Source: Okamejei kenojei
Taxonomy: Eukaryota
Reading direction: 5' to 3'
DNA: 64,000 nucleotides
NCBI GenBank assembly: GCA_035221665.1
Contig: CM069134.1
Span: 15,066,001-15,130,000, forward strand
Shown: in pieces, positions 20,810 through 32,155 of the stretch
Layout of the letters: each line of letters starts with the position of its first letter
How positions within the stretch are numbered: position 1 is the first letter of the stretch
The notes under the pieces: model-generated
Seen by the model: the letters and a program-made list of their open reading frames with translations, nothing else
Database searches by the model: none
Told to the model about the DNA's origin: nothing
Made by a program: the position numbers and the translations under genes

Positions 20810-23800
20810 TATTTTAGAGTATGGAACAGTACAACTTAGAAACAGGCCCTTTGGCCTACAATGCCTGTGCCAAACCTGACACCCAGTTAAACTAATCTCC
20901 TTTGCCTACACATGATCCATATCTCTTCATTCCCTGTGTATCCTTACGTGGAGTCCCGAGTGAGATGTTTTTTAAAGTGTACTGAAGAGAGCTCAGGAAG
21001 TGTACGTCCCCATTAGAGTGAAGGGCAAAGCAGGTAAACGTAAGGAAGCTTGGCTGACGAGGAAAATTGAGATAGTCAAAAACAAGAAGGATGCATGGAA
21101 CAGGTATAGGCAGCTGGGATCAGATGCATCCCTGGAGGAGTTTTGGGAACTAAAAAATTAGATCAGAAGGGCAAAAAGGGGCCAGGAGAGCTCTGGCGGA
21201 TAGCATAATAGATGACCTCAAAAGATTTTATAGGGAGGAAAGGGTAACTAGAGAGAGAGTGGGACCTCTCAGGAATAAAAGCGGTCACGTCTGTGTGGAG
21301 CAAGGTCCTCAATGAGTATTTCTCCTTTGTGTTGACCGAGGATAAAGACAGTAGGATGGAGGAGTCACTGGAAGCATCATGAGAGCAGTCAGGGTTACCA
21401 TCGAGGAAGTACTGAAGGTACTGTCGTGTTTGAAGGTAGACAAATCTCCGGGGCCAGTCAGATATATCCAAGGACATTGCGGGAAACTAGAGAGGAAATT
21501 GCAGGAGCCCTGGTTGAAATGTATGAGTCGTCATTAAATACAGGAGAGGTGCCAGAGGGTTGGAGGATGGCAAATGTTGTCCCTCATTTCAAGAAGGGCT
21601 GCAGGGAAAATGCTGGGAACTATAGGCCGGTGAGATGAACATCTGTAGTTGGACTTTAGTAAGGCGATTGACAAGGTGCTGCATGGTAAGCTGCTCTGGA
21701 AGATTAGATCTCATGGGATTCAAGTAGAGATAGCTGAATGGATAGCAAATTGGCTCAATGGAAGGAAGCAGAGGGTAATGGTGGAAGGTTGCATCTCGGA
21801 CCGGAGGCCTGTAACTAGTGGTGTGCCTCAGGGTTCGGTGCTGGGCCCGTTACTGTTTGACATCTACATCAATGATGTGGATGAGAAATACAGGGCAAGA
21901 TTAGCAAGTTTGCTGATGATACAAAAGTTAGTGGTATTGCAGATAGTGAAGATGGTTTTGAACGATTGATGGAATCTAATACAGAGAAGTGTGAGGTGTT
22001 GCATTTTGGGATGTCGAACAAGGGCAGGACCCACACAGTAAATGGTGGGCCTCTGGGTAATGTTGTAGAGCAGAGGGATCTAGGAGTACAGGTGCATGGT
22101 TCCTTGAAGGTCAAGTTGCAGGTAGATACGGTGGTCAAAAAGGCTTTTGGCACTTTGGCCTTCATCAGTCAGAGTATTGAGTATAGAAGTTGGGAGGTCA
22201 TGTTGCAGTTGTATAAGACGTTAGTGAGACCGCATCTAGAATATTGCGTTCCGTTCTGGGCACCATGTTGTAGGAAAGATATTTTCAAATTTGAAAGGGT
22301 TCAGAAAAGATTTACGAGGATGTTGCCAGGACTAGAGGGAGAGGTTGAGTTGGCTGGGTCTCTATTCCATAGAGCATAGGAGGATGAGGGGGAGATCTTA
22401 TAGAGGTAAACAAAATCATGAGAGGAATTGATTGGGTAGATGCATGGTCTTTACCCAGGACCAGAAGAAATAGGTTCAAGATGAAGTGGAAAAGATTTAA
22501 TAGGAATCCGAGGGGTAACTTTTTCACACAGAGGGTGGTGGGTGTATGGAACAAGCTGCCAGAGGAGGTAGTTGAGGCTGGGATATCCCCTCGTTTAAGA
22601 AACATTTAGATAGGTACATGGATAGGACAGGTTTGGAGGGTTATGGACCAAGCACAGGCAAGTGGGACTAGGGTAGCTGGGACATTGTTGGCCAGTGTGG
22701 GCGAGTTGGGCCGAAGAGCCTGTTTCCACACAGTATCTTTCTATGACTCTATGGCTCTATCCATGTGCTAATTTAAAAGCCTCTTAAATGCCTATCATAT
22801 TTGCTTCCAACATCACCCCTGACAGTGCATTCCAGACATCCACCACTGTGTAAAAAAATGTTTTTGACACATTTCCATTAAACATTAGCCCTCTGACCTT
22901 AAAGTTACAGTGTGCCCTCTAGTCATTAACAATTCCACCCAGGGATAAATATTCTGGCTGTCTCCTCAATCCATTCTGCTCATAATTTAATATATTTCCA
23001 TCAGGTCTCTCCTTGGCATCCGATGCTCCAGAGAAAAAATCAAGTTTGTCTACTTTCTCCTTATAATTAATTGCCTTTAATCCAGGGAGCATTGTAGTAA
23101 ATCTGTTCTGGACCCTCTCCAAAGCCACCACATTCTTAATGGGATGTCCAGAACTGCGGCCTGAACAATGTTTTATAAAGCTGAAACATGACTTGCTCCC
23201 TTTAATACCCAATAGCCGGACTGATGAAGGCAACCATACCATATTCCGTCTTTCCCACTTTATCTCGTGTTGCCAGTTTCAGGGAGCTATGGACCACAAG
23301 ATCCCTCTGTACTATAAAGCTGATAATGGTCTTTCCATTAGCTTTGACCCATCCCCTTACATCCTACCTCCCAAAGTGCAGCATCTCACACTTGCTCAGA
23401 TTAAACTCCATCTGCCATTCCTCTGATCATTTCTGGTCGGGGCTGATCTTTTTTGCATCTGTGATGTTTGGTGGGCTTTGTGGGGTGGGAGGACTCATTG
23501 CTCCTCCCATGCCGCAGGTGGCACTGCACAGGACAAAGGGAGATGTTTTTGTATATAGTTTATCCTGTCTGTAGTGTGTGAGGGTGCAGCCATTTTGATT
23601 TGTCTTGCCGCCAGCATTGAGTAAAGCATTAAAGACTTCTGTTGTAAATTGAAGACTCTCACCTTGACAGTTTTTCTCCCTGTCCACATCTCCACCAATT
23701 TTAGTATCATCTGTAAACTTACTAATCAACCCATCTGCATTTCTGTCCAAGTCATTGATATATACGACAAACAACAAAAATCCAGGCACAAATCACTGCG

Positions 23801-24180
23801 GAACTCACTGGTCACAGACCTCCATCAAGAATAACAACTTTCCAACTACCTTCTGTCTTCTATGGGTAAGCCTGTTCTGAATCCAGATGGCCATGTCACA
23901 GTGAATTCCAAGTAGTTTAATCTTCTGGATCAGTCTTACCAGGATGGAGTATAATATGTCTTACCTAAATAAATTCAGACAACACCTATTGACCTAATTT
24001 CACCATTCACCTTTGTCACCTCTTCAAAAACTCAATCAATTAAGCCATGGATGAAGCACATTGACTGTCCCTTATTATCCCTTTTTATTCCAAATGCAGG
24101 TAAATTGTGTCCGGAAGAATCCTCTCCAATAACTTCCCTACCACTGATGTGAGGTTCATGAAACAATAAATTTCCCTTCT
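20810..24180 (-). mobile_element. Older CR1 LINE (parts 20810-20943 and 22758-24180)
   Basis: ORFs 22919-23242 (ALERVQNRFTTMLPG) and 23427-23789 (LLFVVYINDLD...ISKFTDDTKIGG). Confidence 0.8.
20944..22757 (+). mobile_element. Internally deleted CR1 LINE inserted into an older opposite-strand CR1
   Basis: ORFs 21426, 21649, 21966 and 22418 give CR1 RT motifs; (CTATGACT)n tail; candidate TSD TATCC at 20939-20943 and 22758-22762. Confidence 0.88.
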
Positions 24181-24618
24181 TAAAGTTTCCTCCCTGTGTA
24201 TTGTCTTGACTATTGAAGATGTCCCCTTCTTCCAAAGCATTAACTGTTTCTCCTTTCACAGATGCAGTCTGATATTCTTCATTTTTCCAGTATTTTCCTT
24301 TTTTTTCTCTTTTCCCGCATGCATAAAACTAGCCTGTTGGGCTTGTCCTGCCACCTCAGTATTAACAACTCATTGCACAAGCCCAGTAGATTAATATGAT
24401 GATAACTGGCCTTATTAAGCCATTTCAACTCATCCTATCACAGACATTCCATTTGGTCAACACATCTGCACCCTGCTGTTGTTTGACTGAGAACAGATCT
24501 GCAATGTCAGCTGTTTCTCTTTTCACATGGGATACCAGAGATCAGAATGTTTAGTACTTCCTGCTTTTTTTATGTCCTGATGGGTGCTTACAACAATCCA
24601 ATAGTTCTGAAGGTGTAG

Positions 24619-24797
24619 TTTCGGGTTGAGACCCTTCTTCAGACTGGTCTATCTCCTATCTTCAATTCTGAAGAAGGGTCTCGACCCGAAACGTCACCCA
24701 TTCCTTTTATCCAAAGATGCTGCCTGTCCTGCTGAGTTACTCCAGCATTTTGTGTCTATCTTTAGCGTTTTCCAGCATCTGCAGTTTCTTCCTACAA
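24619..24797. mobile_element. Penelope-like mini-insertion with inverted terminal repeat (two divergent hammerhead cores)
   Basis: Minus-strand partial core at 24619-24642; plus-strand core at 24668-24695 followed by the full terminal repeat. Confidence 0.8.
24668..24695 (+). ncRNA. Minimal type I hammerhead ribozyme core (best-preserved copy)
   Basis: CUGAAGA-A-GGGUC-UC-GACCC-GAAACGUC: canonical boxes, paired stem II, palindromic ACGU stem III, GUC cleavage triplet. Confidence 0.7.
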
Positions 24798-24812
24798 TTA
24801 TTTTGTTACTAA

Positions 24813-25179
24813 AGGGCCTGTCCCACTGAACGAGGTAATTCAAGAGTTCTCCTGAGTTTTCCCCTGATCCGTACTCGGAGAATGTCCGTAGCGGGTCCGT
24901 AGGAGTTCGTGGATGTCTCGTAGCAGCTCGTACGAGTAACGGTAGGTACTCGGGAAATCCGGTAAACTCGTGACGTTTTTTCAACACTGTGAAAAATGTC
25001 CACGAGTAAAAAAATACTCGTGATGAAAAAAATGGTTACTTTTTACTCGTACGAGCCGCTACATTCTCCGAGTTCACATCCACGAACTCCTACGGACCCG
25101 CTACGGACATTCTCCGAGTTCGAATCAGGGGAAAACTCGGGAGAACTCTTGAATTACCTCGCACAGTGGGACAGGCCCT
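24813..25179. mobile_element. PIF/Harbinger-type MITE with about 105-bp TIRs
   Basis: AGGGCCTGTCCCACTG...CAGTGGGACAGGCCCT; TAA TSD at 24810-24812 and 25180-25182. Confidence 0.9.
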
Positions 25180-25539
25180 TAAGGGCAGCTGTTTATTTTT
25201 TGCTAAAACCAGATTATTAATTAAATGAAACTTTAACAGAGGCTATAGTGAGAATTTAATTTATTTATTGTTCCAGGCCTCTGGATTCCAGAGACCTGGA
25301 GCACTGCTACATCCACATGACCACAATAACCATGAACTGCACTTTGATTACTTTTTCTGTTAATAGCCTGTCAGTCCTAAAGTAATCCGTTATGTAGTCG
25401 ATTGTCTGTTTTGCTAATAACACTTAAGCAGATAGATAGATTAGCCACATTTCTCCCCTACTGTGAACAGGTATTTGAAAATCTTAAGTAATGTTGTGGA
25501 ATCTTTCCGGGTGTGTTAATGGCAAGCAAGAACTTTGGG

Positions 25540-26097
25540 GGCGGTATGGTGGTGCAGCGGTAGAGTTGCTGCCTTACAACGCCAGAGACGCGGGTCGATC
25601 CTGACTAGAGAAACGTAGAAACATAGAAAATAGGAGCAGGAGCAGGCCATTCGGCCCTTCGAGCCTGCACCGCCATTCAATATGATCATGGCTGATCATC
25701 TAACTCAGTATCCTGTACCTGCCTTCTCTCCATACCCCCTGATCCCTTTAGCCACAAGGGCCACATCTAACTCCCTCTTAAATATAGCCAATGAACTGGC
25801 CTCAACTACCTTCTGTGGCAGAGAAATCCAGAGACTCACCACTCCCTGTGTGACTATGGGTGCTGTCTGTACGGAGTCTGTATGTTCTCCCCGTGACCTG
25901 CGTGGGTTTTCCCCCAGGTGCTCCAGTTTTCTCACACATTCCAAAGACATACAGGTTTGTAGGTTAATGTGCTCCGGTAAAGGGTGGAAAGTGTCCCTAG
26001 TGTATGGGATAGTGTTAATGTGTGGGGACCACTGGTCAGTGCAGACTCAGTAGGCCGAAGGGCCTGTTTCTGTGCTGTATCTCTAAATTAAACTAAA
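25540..26097 (+). mobile_element. HE1-like V-SINE interrupted by a CR1 3' fragment (-, 25608-25850)
   Basis: The SINE head and V-domain rejoin across a 6-bp TSD TGACTA at 25602-25607 and 25851-25856; the insert encodes GVVSLWISLPQK...GYGEKAGTGY. Confidence 0.88.
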
Positions 26098-26244
26098 CCT
26101 GGAGTAACCAATCCTGTATCTTCTAAGTTGTAGCTGGACTTGATATCCCAGTTGAGGAAGAATGAGCTACCTCATATTACATCTTGATGCAATGACAAAG
26201 AAAGCTTACATCGACACTTTTACTTCCTTAGAAGATTGGGTCGA

Positions 26245-26898
26245 TCCATCGGTGTCGCCACCACAATGGCTGCCTCGCCAGCAGCTCGTTAGTCCTTTCA
26301 ACCTTTTTGTTATTTTTAGAGTTTCTCAGTATGTCTTATGTGGGGGGTGGTGTGGAGGGGAATTGGGGGAAACAATTTTTCAGTCACTTACCTGGACGGA
26401 GATGCGTCATTTCTCTGTGTCTCATCTTCGCCCCCCCTCCCCCCTCCCCCTCGTGGCCTACCAACTGGATTGTTGCGGCTTTTCCAACCAGAGACTGGCC
26501 TAGAGCTTCGGCAGCAGGTGCAGCGCTGAATTACCATTGCCGAGCGGGGCGATCGCTTTCCGGGGATCGCCAGTGTTGGAGCTCCGTCCAGCTCAGTAGC
26601 TGTGGACTTCGGGAGCCGCGGTCTCCGGTGAGAAGCGGCCGATTCGGAAACTCCAAGCTGCTGAATGTGTTCCGATCCATTCCGACATCGGAGTTTCGAT
26701 TATCCCGACGAGCGGGCCTGTACATCGGGCCGTCTGTAGCGGCGAACAAAGAGGAAGATGACTGAACTTTATTGTCTTCCATCACAGTGAGAAATGTTGA
26801 TTCCACTGTGGAGGATGTTTATGTACGTATGGCTGGATGATAACTCAAATTTCACTCTACCAATTGGTGCATGTGACAATAAATGTGAACTTGAACTA
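26245..26898 (+). mobile_element. CpG-rich non-autonomous retroposon, apparently full length
   Basis: 5' ATGGCTGCC, T-rich tract, G-tracts, ACTTACCTGG; GC-rich body; 3' stem-loop; TGACAATAAA and (TGAACT)n tail. Confidence 0.7.
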
Positions 26899-26970
26899 GA
26901 TTTGGTATATCAGCAAATACTCTTGAGATTATGCAGGTGTACAGTCCAAAGCATATTGACTGGTGCATCA

Positions 26971-27794
26971 AGATACAAGATACAAGATACATTTATTTGT
27001 CACGTGTGCCAGTTGGCACAGTGAAACGTGATCACCATACAGCCATACAATAAAGTAAAGAACACCTCACACGATAGATTTAAACATAAAACATCCCCAC
27101 ACAGCAGAATCAAAGGTTTCCCACTGTGAGGGAAGGCACCAAAGTCAGTCTCTTCCTTGATGTTCACCCGTGGTTGGGGCCTCTGGAGCCCTCCGCAGTC
27201 GCCGCTACGGGCAGCTCGCCGCTCAGGCCCGCTCGCCGGGATGTTGGCTCTCCGACGTCGGGACTGGAGGCCAACCTCAGCGGCCAGAACCTCCAAAATG
27301 GCCGGAGTCTGCAGCTCCCGGCGTCCCCAGGCTGGGCCGGGCGGAGATTCAACACTGGCGGCCCTCAGCAAAGGGCCCCAGGACTCCGCAATGTCGTCAG
27401 CGCCGCCCGCGTTGGGAGCTCCACGAACCACAGCTCCATGATGTCGATGCTCCAGAGCTCCAAACGGCGATCCAGGTAGGTATCGCCCGCTCCGCAGTGA
27501 ACCCAGCGCCGCGCCGCCGCTGTAGTAGTTCTGGTCTGGTCCCCGGTCTCTGGCAGGAAAGGCCGCTCCGGTCCAGCTGGTAGGCCGCGAGGACGTGACT
27601 CGGAGAAATAGTTGCATCCCCGCCAGGAAGTGACTAAGAAACAATTTCCCCCTTACCCTACCCCCCCCCCCCCCCCACATAGAAAAGCTAAAGTAACCCC
27701 AAAAACAAACAATTTAGACAAACTAAATAAAAAAAAGAAGGGAAGAAAACGGACAGGTTGTAGACAGAGGCGCCTTCAATGCAGCGCCCCTAGT
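26971..27794 (-). mobile_element. CpG-rich non-autonomous retroposon, apparently full length
   Basis: Same architecture on the minus strand; (TATCTTG)n tail; TSD CATCA at 26966-26970 and 27795-27799. Confidence 0.75.
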
Positions 27795-28162
27795 CATCAC
27801 AGCCTGGTTCAATACCTCAAACTCCCATGAATAAAGGAGATTTCTGAGAGTGGCGAACACTGCCCAGTCCATCACAGGTACTGACCTTACCACCATCAAT
27901 GGAATCTATAGGAGGCACTGCCTCAATAAGGCAGCCGGTATCAGTAAACGCCCACACCACCCTGGTCACGCTCTCATTTCACTGCTACCATCGGTAAGAA
28001 GGTATAGGAGTCTGAAAACCATGACTGCCAGGTTCATGAATAGCTCCTTCCCAAAAGCCATCAGGCTCATGAACACTACACAGCACTAATCTCAACTGTG
28101 AAATAGGGACTTGTCTTTGGTTGCTCTAAGAACTTTGGGTGTTTTTTTGTATTGGGGTTATT

Positions 28163-28495
28163 AGTTTAGTTTAGTTTAGAGATGCAGCATGGAAACAGGT
28201 TCTTCCACCCACCGAATCCGCACTGACCTTTGATCACCCGTTCACACTAGTTCTATCTTATTCCATCTTTTCATTCCCTCCCTACATACTAGCAGCAATT
28301 TGTAGTGACCTATTAAACCACAAACCCACGCATCTTTTAGATGTGGAAGGGAATCGGAGCACCCGGAGGAAACCCACGCCGTCCCAGTGAGAACATGCAA
28401 ACTCCACACACGGACAGCATGCAGGGTCAGGAACAAACTCAGGTTTCTGGCTCTGTAGGGCATTGGCTTTACCAGCGGTGCCTCCGTGCTGCTGC
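28163..28495 (-). mobile_element. HE1-like V-SINE (variant subfamily)
   Basis: (TTTAG)n tail, GGAAACAGG block, V-domain ATCGGAGCACCCGGAGGAAACCCACGC. Confidence 0.8.
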
Positions 28496-29244
28496 TAATT
28501 TATTGCATTTTTCTTTATTATATAGTATCTGTGTGTATTGTGTTTACAAGACTGCAAGAATTTCATTGTTCTGCAGTCGGTACATTTGATAATTGAATAG
28601 TCTTGACTCCCATCACATTTGGTTCGGACCTGACACCTGATGTTGGCAACAGAGCAGAACCCAAGTTCCACAGCAAAGATCCAACATTCAAAGCCATCAT
28701 TATTGCAAATTAAGACAGAGAAAATGATAGGTGAGCCATTTCTCTTCCAGATATTGGATATACAGTTAAGATTATGACTATTTGACAATGTCATTATTTG
28801 ACAACGGTTGCAAACGATCACGCATTTTCAGGACAGGTACATTGACTCGGAATTAGTTTGAACATACAACAATGAGGTAAAATAAATTCTAGCTGAATCA
28901 GCGACCTTGTTTTTCATTAGTTTGTTTCTCTGGGGAAAAAACACATGAAAATATATGTAAATATTTCCAAACCAAAGAATGCCTCTGGTAGATACAAATA
29001 AAGAAAAAAGTCATACCGTTTTTTTAAATATATTAGCACCTTCATCCTGTAATCATATCATGAAATGTTATTATGATTGACAGAATGCTGTTGAAATAAA
29101 GTTAATTCGATATTCAGTATTGGTCCATTTCATTTAGACCATATTGTCAAAAAACTATTCTTAGAAGAGTTCTGATTTATATTATTATTGAACCATTCCC
29201 AGAAGAGACTACTAATTCTTTTTTCATTTTTTCAGATTAATAAT

Positions 29245-31920
29245 TTAGCATGGCCAGCATTTATTGCCTATCCTAATTGCCTTTGCAAAGGTGCTGGTTA
29301 GTCACCTCATTGACCACTGGAGATTTTCTGGTGAATGCATTTCCACAGTGCTGCTATGTTGAGAATCAGAGCATTTAGGGACAGTGGAAGACTGGGGATA
29401 TTCTTTCAAGTCAGAATGCTGGAGTAGCTTAAGTGGGTAAGCGCAGTAGATTTTTCAGGTGATGCAGAACTGGAGTCAAGATACCCAGGTGGTGGAGCAA
29501 ATGAATGTTTAGGGTAGTGGACGGGGTGCCAATCGAAAGGAGTTTAGTCCTGTATCGTGTCAGAATCAGAATAAGAATCAGAATCACACTTTATTCGCCA
29601 AGTATGTTTTACAACATACGAGGAATTTTATTGGCCAGGTCAGTCATACAATTAAATCACTCAAAAACACATTTTAACATAAACATCCACTACAGTGACT
29701 CCTACACATTCCTCATTGTGAAGGAAGGTGAAATAAAGTTCAAGTCCTTATGTTCTTCCTCGGTCGGGGGCCTCGAGCCCTCCGTTGACGGGATGGTCTT
29801 GACTACCGTAGCCGGCGGCGTTTGGGCCCTCTGCGCCGAGGCGTTCAGCTCCTGCATCAGGGGGATGTCAGCTACCCCGTGGTGGGCGATCGAACCTCGC
29901 TTCGGGGCTGGTCAAACTTTCCGCGGCATCGGAGCTCCTGACTCGGCCTCACGCGAGACCGCGAGCCCTTGATGGTAAGTCCACGGTGGTCGCGGTGGGA
30001 GCGATCCCAGGCAAGGGATCCGCTCCGATGTTAAGTCCGCGCCCCGCGGTGGGGCTCACTACAGTCCAAGGCGGCTCCCAGCTCCAGCGATTGTAGGCCG
30101 CAGGGCCCGGAGAATGTGATCCGAAACTTGATCACATCTCCGGGAAGGTAAGAACTTGAAAAAAAGTTTCCTCCAACCCCTCCCCCCTCCCCCCACATAA
30201 AACAAACCAAAGAACATTAAAACCAACTTTTAACAAACTAAAAATAACAAATAGAAAGAAAAAAGGAAGAGACTGCCGGCAGGGCTGCCATCTCCCCGAC
30301 GCCCCTGGTGGTCTTGAGTATTGTTGGGTCTGTGCTCATCCAGGCAAGTGGTGACTATTGTTTACAGTCCTGACTTGTGCCTCATCGATAGCGAAAAAGC
30401 ATTGAGATGTCAGAAGGTGAAACACCCCCTGAAGCTTCTCAACGACTCATGCACTCAGTATTTCTGTGGTTGCCCCAATTCTGCTCTGGACAACAATGAT
30501 CACTGGGATATTAAAAGGTGAGGTGATAATACAGTTAATGTTAGGTGGTTGCCCCCCCCCCCCCCCCCCCCCCCCCCCTTGTTTGATTCCTCCTACATTC
30601 CATAGACATGCAGGTTTATAGGTTAATTGCATCTCGTGTGTAAGATGCAATGGTGGAATAACAGAGAATCAGTGTATTGGCCATTGTTGGTCAGCATGGA
30701 CTCAGTGGGCCGAACGGACTGTTTCCATGCTGAGACGCTGCAAATTAAGTTGAGCGTTGTTTTTGTCAAAAAAGTCATAAATGAACATTCCTACTGTCTG
30801 TTCTTATGATGGATGGAGATTCAACATGAAGCAGCTGAAAATGTTTGAGCTTAGGCCGAAGGAACACCTGGAATGATGACCTTCAGCTAGGACATTAGAC
30901 CCCAACAACCACACCTAGCTTCCTTTATGCAAGGTAAGACTCCTACCAATGATGTCTTCCCCCTGAATGACCATTGATATCAGTTTTACCAAAGCTCTTT
31001 ATTTCCAAAGATTGACACAAAATGCTGGACAGGCAGCGGGACAGTGGACAGGCAGCATCTCTGGATAGAGGAATGGGTGACGTTTCAGGTCCAAACCCTT
31101 CTTTGTACTCAGTGGAAACCACCACCTGCAGTTCCATCCTACTTTTTAATGCCATGTTGGCCATGCTGTCAAGGGCAGTGGTTCTCAACTCACATCTGGA
31201 ATTGAGGTCTGTGGTCCATGCTTGGGCAAAGGCTGCGATGTGATCTGGAGCTGAGTGGCCCTGGTAAACCCAGAGCAATAGTGAACAAAGACTGAGCACG
31301 AGTGTTTCAATAAACACATGCAACGTCCATCACTCTGCTGAAGATTGAGGATAGATGGATCGGTGATAATTACGACAATTGGGTTAGCCCTGCTCCTTGT
31401 GAACTGGATACACATGGGTAACTTTCTACAGTTGTCATTGGAATATCATTCTTGTTTCTGTACTGTTATTGCTTGGCATTTTTGACTGAACATAATTGTG
31501 AATACTTCAGCTTTGTTTTTCATGCTCACCTGCTGGGGATGCCTGCACTGTTGGCTTTTTGATGGTTTGCAATGATCCACATGTAGGTGCAGCAGAGTTG
31601 TTGAACATTGTTTTTATTTGTTGATCTTGGTATCACTTAGATCTCTCTTTTGCATGCTGTGTTTTTGCTGTCCAGCAGGTGGTGAGCCCTGCTCTGCAGA
31701 TTCATCATTGGCACCTTATTCGGTATGCCTGGTAAGCTCTTGGCATGCCCTGCTCCACTCCACAATAAACCAAAGTTGGTGCTGGGCTTGACCGTAATGG
31801 TGAAGTGAAGGAAATGCTGAACCATGAGGCTACATTACGGAGGGGTACAATTCTGAAACGAGTGTTGACCACAGCATTTCAAGGTTACACGATTATGAGC
31901 TGCCAGATCTATTCCATTGA
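29245..31920 (-). mobile_element. Ancient degraded CR1-type LINE with later inserts
   Basis: 3' end GCCAGCATTTATTGCCTATCCTAATTGCC is shared with about 40250 and 51885; ORF 30943-31323 retains QGHSAPDHIAAFAQAWT..L...ELRTTALD. Confidence 0.6.
29563..30311 (-). mobile_element. CpG-rich non-autonomous retroposon, apparently full length
   Basis: Minus 5' end CCACCAGGGGCGTCGGGGAGATGGCAGCC, T-rich tract, G-tracts; body similar to 17066-17662; 3' stem-loop; (GATTCT)n tail. Confidence 0.72.
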
Positions 31921-32155
31921 GCTTAACTTTAGTGGCAGAAAACATCATAGAGTCGTAGAGTGATGCAGTGCAGAAACAGGCCCTTCGGCCCAAGTTGCCC
32001 ACACCGGCCAATATGTCCCAGCTACACGAGTCCCACCTACCTGCATTTGGTCCATGTCACTCCAAACCTGTTCTATCCATCTACCTTTCTAGCTGTTTAT
32101 TAAATGTTGGGAAGGTCCCGGCCTCAACTATCAACTCTGGCAGCTTGTTCCATAC

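Larger units (their letters stand above)
26100..28090 (+). mobile_element. Rex-Babar-like LINE 3' part split by two CpG-rich retroposon insertions
   Basis: Pieces read YFLRRL, CRCTVQSILTG and ANTAQSITGTDL...HPGHALISLLPSVRRYRS (ORF 27850-28089). Confidence 0.75.

Noticed and set aside
28500-28880. Exon-like segment with CTCTTCCAG acceptor and GAG|GTAAAA donor
   Set aside because: All three frames contain stops between the sites; a coding exon cannot be supported, though a non-coding exon is not excluded.
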